A stretch of 63,117 bases of DNA, filler included, from Pelomyxa schiedti (taxonomy: Eukaryota; Protista; Evosea), in the NCBI GenBank assembly GCA_020536535.1. It is 14 parts of 14 records of this genome, joined end to end, with 100 filler letters (N's around TTAATTAATTAA, not from the genome) between each part and the next. Parts side by side here need not be neighbours in the genome. Positions count along the whole stretch, not along the records: positions 12,223 to 44,198 come from JAHLWZ010000262.1; 13 more parts are not named here. One strand, 5' to 3'. Both the position numbers and the translations under genes were made by a program. The notes under the pieces are model-generated. The model did not search any database and was not told where the DNA came from. It saw only the letters and a program-made list of their open reading frames with translations. Shown piece by piece: positions 25,401-35,600 of this stretch (positions within the stretch are counted from its first letter, which is position 1; each line of letters starts with the position of its first letter).

Positions 25401-26593
25401 GCTTCCTTACTACAGCCGGATAATTCCCACTTGGATGATGATGCTTCCTTAGAGCCAGGCAATTCGACGTTGGATGAGGTGGAGTATGGTCCTGATGCAG
25501 AAGATCCCTTTTGGCCTCCAGATGAACCTCCTATTGTACCACTTGTAACACTGCTCAAAAAGAAGCTTCACAATACTTGACACCTGAAACTCCCTTTATT
25601 GAGGCTCCCCAAGTGCCTCTGCCTGTCCCACAGCCTCAAATGACATCAGCTGTCACACAACCACCTCAAATGACACCAGCTGTCACACAGCCACTTCAAA
25701 TCACACATGCCTCCCAGGTCCAGCTGCCCTTACAACTTGCCACAGTTCAGGCCTCTTCCTTAAGCAGTACAGTAATTCTGCATTGGCCGTCCCAAATCAG
25801 ATTGCTGTGATTTGTGTTGGATGTACCACACACCGTCAGTGAACTGGTGTTGGTTTCTGTGGTGTTTAGTACATGGTGCGTTTGTGATGAGAATGAGGCC
25901 TTCATTCTCAAAGGGCTCTGCCATTGGTATGCACTTTGTCTCCTGCTATTTAAGTTTGTTTTATTTCGTTTTCATATTCGTTTTCGTTTTTGTTTTGTTT
26001 GGTTTTGTTTTGTTTTTTATTCTTGTTCCCACATCCACAGGTCCATGAAGATAATGATGATGAGAAGCTGGCACTATGGTAGGTTTCCATTTATCTTCTC
26101 TGTTTTTCTTTTTCGACTTCACATTTGATAACCAGGTGGTGTTTTAGATGCTAGTTGAGAGGCAGACAGGAGCAGGGAGATCTGAAGGCAGAAGCGGGCA
26201 CGCACCCAGAAGAATGTGTGTGCAGCCCATTCGAGCAGTATTCCTCTTCTTCTTTGAGTTACCCAATATACTCAAGATCCTTTCCCGCACTCAACCTGTA
26301 TGTGAGAGTGCTGGCATCGGAGCCCACTGGTATGTTTCTTCTTTTCCTCGTTTCACCTTGTCCTACATGTACCATGGTAAATCACCCTCTCCCTTTTCAT
26401 CGTCACCCCACTCAAACATAATAGGTACCCTCTGACTGACGCCGCCCAGGAGAATGGTGTGCAGCTCTGCTCTGAGTTTTCACTTTCAGTGTCCCCCCTG
26501 TATGCCCTCACTTCCACTCCAATCCTAATAAGCCCGAGGCACTCCAACCTCAGAATCACGACTTAAACCTCATAAATCGAAACAACAAACAAA

Positions 26594-26730
26594 CAAGCAA
26601 CCATACGCTGATGTTGTCTTCTTGCTTGTTTCTGAAGTCTGAGAGTGTATTCGGCTCAGTGCTGGGCAATACTCATCATAAGTTGTTTTCAAGATTATCT
26701 GGATTGCACAGGAAACAGTGGTAGTCAGTG
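26594..26730. repeat. Diverged direct duplicate of 43903-44146
   Basis: Shared blocks AAGCAACCATAC...TTGTCTTCTTGCTTGTTTCTGAAGTCTG and AAGTTGTTTTCAAGATTATCTGG...CAGGAAACAGTGGTAGTCAGTGATTC. The 26.6-kb copy lacks roughly 110 bp of the middle. Confidence 0.85.
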
Positions 26731-26988
26731 ATTCTCAATTTTTTTGCGTCACTTTGGCCTAAACAGGACTTCTAAGAAGAGGGTTCTGTGAATGGCCATA
26801 ATTAGCAGCAACTTGGCGCCCAATCATCAAAAAACCGGGCTCCCTGTGGCGAGGTGTCGCGTATGATCAAGGGGAAGCGCTATTCTATTATTTTTATCTG
26901 TTGTTTAGCACCATAGCGACAATTAGTCACCATTAGTGCTTTAGCTCTTCAAAAGGCACTCGCCACACTCCCTTTCAAGGATTTTTTT

Positions 26989-28947
26989 TCATGAGATCAA
27001 CTTGGTGAGGTGGTTTGCTCGGTGCAGTGCTGCGTGCCTGGCATTCTCGGAGGGCTGCAAGCCCTGCCTCAGGTTTGCTCTGGCTACTACCTCATTGATG
27101 ATACTGCATGTCCTTTGTCCTGACTCGGTGTGCTTCAGATGTGTAGTTCTCCAGCAGGAAGAGGTCTTCAGCCTGCATGCCAATAGAGTGCAACTTTTTG
27201 AAGATTCGAAGAAGCAAAGGGGAGCTGGCTTCATTGCAACCAAAGACAGGAGAGAAGTTGCAGACAACAATGGGCTTGTAGCCAGCGTCTACGGCCGCGC
27301 GCACGTGAACGTCAACAAAATGCTCAAAGCTGCAGCTACCTGGCAGGCCCTCCGTGAGGGGGATTACGAAAATGACTGCATCCATGGGGCACTTGGGCTT
27401 CGTTGTTCTCAACCACATTGCTGGGTAAACGTCAACCTTCGGTGTGTTGTTGGGCACTAGGCCATTGAGGAAGTCCACAATCTTAAGCTTGGTGTAGGAT
27501 CCATCCGACACTCCCCATGTGTCCCAGAACTTCAGGTTCAACCTGTTGCCAATAAAACACCCAGGAGGATGGGAACCATCAACAAAGTCCTTCATGCTCC
27601 AGCTGGAGAATGCCTGTGTCCCATTGGAAGTTGTTGGAACTGCAGAAACCAGTGAGGAACTACTGGAAAAGAGAGACGCCATCCCATTGATCAGTGAGCC
27701 TGGTGGCCACCAACGTTGTTAGAGGAAATGAACACCAGGAGTAAGGACTAACTTTTTCCGCTTCCAGAAATTCCCCACAGCAATACATTCAGGGGCTTGT
27801 ATGTGAAGAAGTCCTTCAGCATCCAGCCTATCGGTTGGAATTGGCCACAAAAAAAGCTGACATTAATACATACTTAACGACGGCAAAATTCCAACACGGA
27901 AGTCTGCATATTCGTGGGTACTGAATTCCATGAAGAGTAGTTCAGGGCACCCAGTCTTCCCAGAAAGCGGCCTCTCATTTGGCATCAGATTCAGCTCACC
28001 AGCATATTCCCCACTGATAGGTTGGGGTATCACAACCTCCATGGGAGCAAAGTGCTTGCTTCCTTTAAAGTATACTTTTGCCCCCTGTGGCGGGGGTGAA
28101 AAGCTCAGTTCAGTTGAGCATAGCTCTTTCCATAGTAACTACCTGAGCAATAGAGCCTCGGCCAACAGGTTCCAGAGAAAACCTCAACGAGAGGGGATCT
28201 GATATGAATGTGAGTCCCGCATCATGATTGTGAAAGAACGTGAGCCTTGCTGGTGCATTTTGTCTTGTTCTAGAACGCAGTTCAAAGTGAGCTCTGCAGA
28301 ACGCTTGAACTGTAGGAAGCGCTGGGGTTGCGGTGCTCAAGAGTGCCCCATCAAGTGGCACATTGCAAAATACCGCATTGGGGATGACTTGCCCTCGGCA
28401 CTGCTCTAAGAGCGCGCTGACGGTGACTACGATGGGCTGCAGGCCCTTGGCCACCTGGCTGTGTGAGAGCATTTCGCAGAGGGCGCTGAAAGCATCCGAA
28501 AACGTTTTCTTTGGTCGAGGAGATGAAGGGGATATCCCTGTTGCAACCAAAAGTTAGTTTAAGGGTGTGCCGTAACTATCATTAACTATCCAGGGACACA
28601 ATGAGCTCCGCCTTATCAGCGGTGAAGGGACACAGAATTTGAAAGTAATCGCTGAAGCAGGTCACGCATACTGGCGCACCAGTCAAGGACTCGAGGAGCG
28701 CTCGCACCAAAGAGACATGTGAGTCTGCACGACTGAAGACCTCAACACTGTTCCACGGGTCCAGGGACCAAATTTCCGTGTCTGTAGCAGCAGAACCCCC
28801 TGGATCTAGGAGGGTAAGATGAGGAGCGGTGAGGGGACAGATGAGGGCTGTTCAACTTGTTGTCACTGGTCTGTTGTCCAACAACACTACAACACAACAC
28901 GAATGTTGTCCGAGCGGAAAGACCTCTGGTATCGGTTGGAGGTACAT
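26989..28947 (-). CDS. vWA - linker - IFI44-like GTPase protein (pair 2, divergent from giant gene B)
   Basis: Predicted MYLQPIPE...CCVVVLLD (vWA beta1), VCVTCFSDYFQILCPFT, TFSDAFSALCEML. Spliced Walker A PLNVLLWGISGSGK|SSLINGMASLF, FWDTWG, MDAVIFVIP, GYKPIVV, DLFLLENYTSE...KDMQY matching the IFI44 C-terminal NY..E...D motif. Confidence 0.78.
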
Positions 28948-29678
28948 GTTTGAGTTTATTTTTTTCCTTGATTGATCAAAGATACTTTGAGAATCAGACC
29001 CCAGTGCCAATACAGTACTTTGTCAGACAAAATCGGAAGGGATATTGGTTCTGATGAAATTAATTTGAAAGAGGGCAGTCCACACATACCTACGCAATTA
29101 GATGCACTTTGGCTGGGAGTAAAGAAGGTGGATATGTCAGAATCGTAACAGAAAGGTTCAGGACTCAGCCCAGCTGGAGTGGAGTTGTTGGAGGAAAGCA
29201 GAAACAGTGTGCCTGCTTATATGATGAAGGTCTACAACCACACATAAGAGGTTCGAAAATCAGGAACATATAAGTTGTCAAAAGTAGTAAAAAAAAAAAC
29301 CTTCCATGTATTTTCCTTTGAATTGGTATTTTGAAAATACATGGAAGGTTTTTTTTTTACTACTTTTTGCCTTGTAGTTGTCTGACATCTCTATTTTTTT
29401 GAAAAGTACAAGCTGAAACAAACCTTGCCTTGTGTAGGCATACAGGGCTTTTGGATTGTTGATTTCCACACATTTGTAACCACATTTCTTTGTGTATTCA
29501 GCACGCATCACAACTTCATTGGCTTTCGTTGAGAGTGGTTTTCGCTTGTCATGGAGTGTGGGTGGTCTTCACTCAAACAAAACCCTTCATTCCGCAGTAC
29601 CTCACACCGGTCAACCTTTTTTTTTGGCAGCTTAGGCAAACTGCAAGCTGCAAAAACAAAGAGGGTGAGCGCGACGGG

Positions 29679-32600
29679 ATGGCCACGGCCAGCGGAGCAC
29701 AGCCACCGCCTACGGCAAGCGTGGCGGGGGAGCTGCGGCGGGTGGTGCGACTGGCAGAGAGGCGGGCCGCGGGGGAGGACGTGGAGGCCGAGGGAGGCGA
29801 GGCGTGGCGGGCCCTGCGAGAGCTAGCAACGGCGGAGGGGCTCTGCACTCAGCAGGCGTCGTCTGTGCTGGACGAGTGCTCGGAGCTGTGGAGGGCGGCG
29901 CCGTCGCCGCTGAGGATGGACAGGCTGAGGGAGCGGCTCGGGGCCTTGAGGCGTATGCTGGTCCCGTTCGACGTGGAAGAGCTCCTGTCGCTACTAGAGA
30001 GGGCCGCCGAGGCCGCGAGGGCCGTGGAGGGGAAGAGCGTAGTCCTGGTGCTCGGCGGCACGGGGTGCGGCAAGTCCACAACCGTGCAGTACCTCTTCGG
30101 CGCGAGGATGGCGCTGAAAGACGTGCGCGTGGAGCAGGGCGTAGTGCCACACGTTTCCGTGGAAGGGAAGCCGCCACCAGAGCTGGAACACATCGTCGCC
30201 AGCTTCGAGGCTATGTCTGAGACCAGGCACGTCGCGGTGGTGGAAGTCAACCCCGACCTCCTTGTAGGGCTGCCAGGCCTGGACACGACGGACGACGGAA
30301 GCTGCGGCAACAGGTTGTTCCTGTGTGACACGCCAGGTTTTGGTGACAGCCGCGGCCCCGAGGTCGACGTGGCCAACGCCTTCGGGCTGGTCAAGGCCCT
30401 GCAAGGGTGCCACTCGGTTTGGCCCCTCCTGCTCGTTGAGTCGACAGACATCATGGCCGAGCGGCAGCAGAAACTTAGGCAGGTACTTGCGATGCTCGAG
30501 GATCTCATCCCCACGCTGGCTCCCTACGCCTGCTGCTTCTCCTTCGGTTTCACCAAGTTCTCTGCGGAGGACAGCGCCACGATCCGGGGCCAGCTCGAGA
30601 CCCTGCAGCGTGGCCTCGTCCAGGACTCGTCATCCGGAACCGGATTCAGGGTGATGCTCAACGAGATGCTGAAGCAGCACAGTGGGCGCATATCAAAGTG
30701 TCTGGTAATCAACCCCCTGGACAGGAACCCTCGCGAGGTTTACAGGAAGGTACTGGCACATCCGCCGATAAAAGAACCAACAGAGGTGTTCCGCATCTGC
30801 ATTCCCCCAAGTTCAAAGTCCGCCTTCAGCCAGCAGATGGAGACACAGCTGTGCTGTGTTACCAGAGCCATTCAGAGGGAAGAGTTCCTGCTTGTGAGGA
30901 CCTGGGTTACCAACCTGGAAAAACTCGTGATAGCTGCAGTAGGAGAGTGGGGAGAGGTAACGCACTGGCTGACCAGGTGCAAGGACGCAGCAAGGGAGCA
31001 GCTCCAAGAGAAGGTGAACGCTGGAGCCCAGCAAGCACGGAGGTACATGGACATCAGGTCAACGAAGCCCACAGCTGAGGACCTCGACTCGCTGGTGAGG
31101 TCTTACCAGTTTCTAGATCACTGCGACAGCATCCTTTCTGATGCTCTGGGTGACCAGAAGTTCTCTCTTCAACTCGAGAGGTGCCTCGAGGAACAGGTAC
31201 TTGAAGTGCTCCACGAAAGCCTGATGGAGGGTTATGACCCCCTGTCACAGGCAAACCAAGTGTGCCTGGAAAAGCTCTTGGCACTTTGCCCGCACTTCAG
31301 AACCGCCAGAGAAACGTACCACAAGATGGTTCCCAGGGTGCATGAGAGCCTGGCCTCTGAGGTGAGCAAAGTGAAATGCTCCGTTTCCTCTGGTGACTTC
31401 GCTGGGGCTGTGCTTGGTTCCAGGTTGCTGAAGGATACACTGGTGCGATTCGAGGCCCACGTGGAACCCACCGCCGCAACGCGCAGTATCGGCCAGATCG
31501 AGTCCCATTTCCTCACCCACCTGCGGGATGTGTTTCACACCACTGAGAGGTGCTGCTGCGTTGGGGCCCACTTTGATAAGGGGAGCGAGGAGCAACTCTC
31601 TCGGGGTTTGTCCGTTCTACAGGTCTGCATCGACGCCACTCACAACGTCAAAGAGCTGGCCCAGGTCTCGGAGCAGGCATCGGACCTGAAGGGACAGCTG
31701 GTGTTCCAGATCACGACACAGATGGAGAACCTCCACACGCAGATCACACAGCAAGAAATCAAGGGGAAGCTCGATTTCTCACGCTGCAGGCAGCAGTTCC
31801 TCACGATGAAGGTGCTCTGGTCCCTGCCTTTCACTCATGCTGCCGCTACTGGTACTGCTGCCTTCACTCCACTCCAGACAACTAAGGGTGGTATCAGACA
31901 GATTTACTCCAGAACACAGAGTTTCTTTGCCACACAGGTCCACAGCCTGGTGTCAGATTTTGTGGACACCTTCGACGGCTTGCACGCGGAAGAGTCTGTC
32001 GATCTGTCACCCTTGACCCGCCGTCTGAAGCAGCTGAAATTGAACGAGTGGCTTGAGGAAGCCATCCCTGGCTGTTGCACATCTGCCATGCGTGAAGTCG
32101 AAGACTGCCTCAAGGAGCATATGGAAAGCCATGGACGATGGTTGGATGACGTTCACCTCGATGTTGACTGCAACGCAGATTTAACACAGCTCACGCCAAC
32201 GCTTCTGTTTCTGGAGGCAGTCACCCCTCTTGAGGCAATCCCACTCGCAGCCGTAGTGGAGATGAAGAAAAAGCTTCTGGAGCGCATTAGAGGACTTCTT
32301 GGCGCTGTTCTAGACGGAATCCAGGACGCCTTCGACCTTGAGAAGCACTCCCTCTCGGCGCTGCTCTGCGAGGTCGAAAACCTGAGGGCCACGAAATCCA
32401 AGATGGAGGCTGGCAGCCCTGCCTATCTGTTCCTTGCAGAGAAGGGCTACCGAGATGTCAGAGAGCTCGAGCGCGCCATCGAAGACAACAAGGGTGCCCT
32501 GTCTGCCCTGGTAGGCCCGGCGGACCTGGTGGAATCCACAAATAAAATGGAGCTCCAGTTGAAGCGTTTCCGGGAGCTGCAGGCATCGTGGGTACTCACG

Positions 32601-35600
32601 CCCCAGCAGAGGCAGCTTCTCTTGGGGCTCAAAGTCACCAGCATCGTCCGGCTCGACAGGTGCATCGAGGAGAAAGTGCGGCGTTATGAGGCATTAGATA
32701 GGCAGGGCCTGCTTTACAACTTTGACCAAGTGGACCCGAACCACGTGGTGGACTCACTCTCTTTCATGAAGGTGCTATCGAAGGAGCTCCGCTGCGGGCT
32801 ATACAACGATCTCCATTGTACCCAGATCAAAAGAAGGATAGAGGAGTTCATGACTAGATACTGTGACACTCTGGCCCAAAGGGTGTCAAGGGGGCTTGAG
32901 AATATCTCAGACAACATCCATCATGACGTGCTGCTGAAAATCTCTGCAGATGATGTGGCAGCTCTCCTGGACCTGTTACCTGAACTGAAGGAGCTGGTGA
33001 GCAACCCCACCCTGAAGCAGTTCTTTCGCGGGCACAGCAGCATGGTTGAGGAGATCAAAGCCACCCTCTCACAGATTGCCTCTTATCTGGAGCACAACAG
33101 TGAGGTATCCGTCAAAGGCATCACAACAAAACTGGCAAATGTGTCCTCTCTCTGTCCTATGGAGACCATCCTCTGGTCTGACAGCCGTCCTTTCTCTCAA
33201 TTGAGGAGGGCACTCCTAGACCAGCAGCAAGAGCAGATAAAACACAGTGCCAGAGAAGTATTTGTAGCACTGGAAAAAGACAGGTGGATGGAAGTGGGGC
33301 AATGCCTATCCGAAATCTGTGAAAGTGGAAGCCAAGCAACCATTCGGAGTTCCATGGCGCAAGTGAACACCCAGCTTCAGAGGTACTGTAATGATCTGAA
33401 AATACAAGTTTCTCAGCTCTCTCCAGAGGTCTCAGACCAGTGGTTTTCCCTGCTTTCTAACATTGGCTCTTGTCTAGACAAGTTGAAAATGGCGGTTGAA
33501 GTTCTATCAACATGCAGGTTGCCACATGACACGCCTTCAAGCTGCAGGCCAGACCCCACATCCCAGCACAGACTTGTGAAAGACATTGAGCTGGAGTGTT
33601 CTAAGTCCATTCTCAGTGCCATGGCATCCCTGGTGAGCCTTGTCTGGAAGTGTCAGTACACAGAGGCTCTGACGAAGGTGGAAATCGTCAAAAAAGCTCA
33701 GAAAGCCATTAGATCGCACCTCTCGGAAGAGGCTTCACACAGTGTTGACGATTTTGAAGTCTCCCTTCGTGCTTCGTTCCAAAGTCTGATTGACCATTAC
33801 AAATCTGTGAAGATAGTCTGTTATCATCAGATTTTTTCTCCAAAGCTTGTCTTCAAACAACTCAGTCCCACATTCTCCTCCAGCATGCTATGCAAAGAAA
33901 ACTGGGAAGCAATCGAGGATGCCATCAAGCACAGATTTCATGTTGACATTGCACAGATACAAGAAATGCAAGCTCCCTTTGAACAAAAGCAAAAATTACT
34001 GAGAGAGGTTGCTCCTTTGCACTTTCTCCCTGAAACCCTCAGTTCTCCACTTGAGAAGGAGATTTCACAGATAACTGCCTCGTTGGATGCAGAGCACAAT
34101 AGGTTGATAACTGAAAAGTTGTCAGCCTTTGAAAATGAAGATCCCCCTGAAATTTTACGAATTTGGAACACGTTACTAAGAGGAGAAGGAAGAAGTGGGC
34201 CGATGGTCCAAAATATGGAAGTGGAGATAGATAAGATATTAAGAACGATGTGTACTTTCGCAGTGACTTCTTTCTCCAGTGGTAACTTCACAGTTAGTTT
34301 TCAGAATATTAAAAAAGTATTTACACTCTCTGAGCTTCAAAGTGATATTTCAAGTATTCACATCCCAATTGATGATATGTGCTTATCTGTGCATAAGTCT
34401 CTAGAAAAGACTTTCTCTTTCTTCTCAGATCAAACTCTTTCAGTTGAACTGGATTCTACCCTTAGTGATGCCCTGGCACAAATAATTGAGCTCCACAAAG
34501 TCTGGCAGTCGTATTCTGATTTACCTGACTTTTTGAGGATCCTTATTGGCTCAGATTTCACACAGAGAGTGAATAACACAATGGAGAGCATTGGTGCCTA
34601 TTTAAGAAAACTTGAAGGGGACCTAAATTCCTGCCTGTCGTCCTTTGATGTTACTCACCTCCAAACTGTTCTGGATCGGGTTCATTCCATTCCTTTCTTT
34701 TCAACTCTTTGTCACCAAGTTGTACCTTCATTATCTTGGAAGGATTTCTATTCCTTCTGCTTGGAGAAAGTGCATGACACCCTTGAATCTGTCCGGGCCT
34801 TTATCTTGGAAGTGGAAATTTGTAATCCTTCAATATCATACCTAGATAAGGGAAGCCTTGTGTGCCAACCCATTAAGTCAAGGCTCAACTTTCTAAAACA
34901 TTTATGGACACTAAAAATTAAACACCAAGACCTTAGATTAACACCAAAAATAATTGAAGAACAAACAAGCATAGTTTTTGGTAAGATAACCAACATTTCT
35001 CAGTGCATGATTGGCATTGTAAAGGAGTATAAGCTTACAGTAAGGTTCGAGGATAAACTTGTAGCTTCAAAACTATTTCACAGCTATTTCACCAGCTTGA
35101 GGATATATGCAGAGCAGCTGGAGGAACCTTTTTGTGCATTCATACAAATGAGTGTCAATGAAGTTAAGAGAAATCTATGGGCTTTAATTGAATCTGGGAA
35201 AAAAAACCTGCAAATGCTATCAGATGTATCCAGAGTTGCAGAAGAACTCATTGCCCTTAAACAAACTGGTGAACATCTATTCTATTCTGAAGAGGTAACA
35301 ATTTTCATTGAAGCCTTCATTCAGGAGTTCAAACAACGCCATTGCAGCCTATATAAACTAGGGTGTGCATTAATTGGTGATAACTCTGGCATGGGTATTG
35401 TGGTTGCACACGACTCTTCCAGTTTGAAGGCCTTTCTCCCCCACACCAGAGTTTTTGCTCCTGAAACAAGAAGTATGGAATACATTCTTACAAAACTAGA
35501 AGGAGAGGATATTGACTCCACTCAAATTGCACAGCTTTTAGTAAAGTTTGATTCTACATACTCTAATCTACGGAGGATGTTTCTTGTGGCTGATTTAGAG

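Noticed and set aside
21878-26839. CCCGGTTTTTTTGATGA / TCATCAAAAAACCGGG as TIRs around the GTPase gene and hAT relic
   Set aside because: Only 16-17 bp with a homopolymer and an indel, no 8-bp TSD, and not a typical hAT terminus. A match of this size is plausible by chance in 63 kb.
29490-29678. First 63 codons of the 2,864-aa ORF as protein
   Set aside because: AT-rich, precedes the ATG at 29679 where GC-rich coding composition begins, and the track start is not an ATG.
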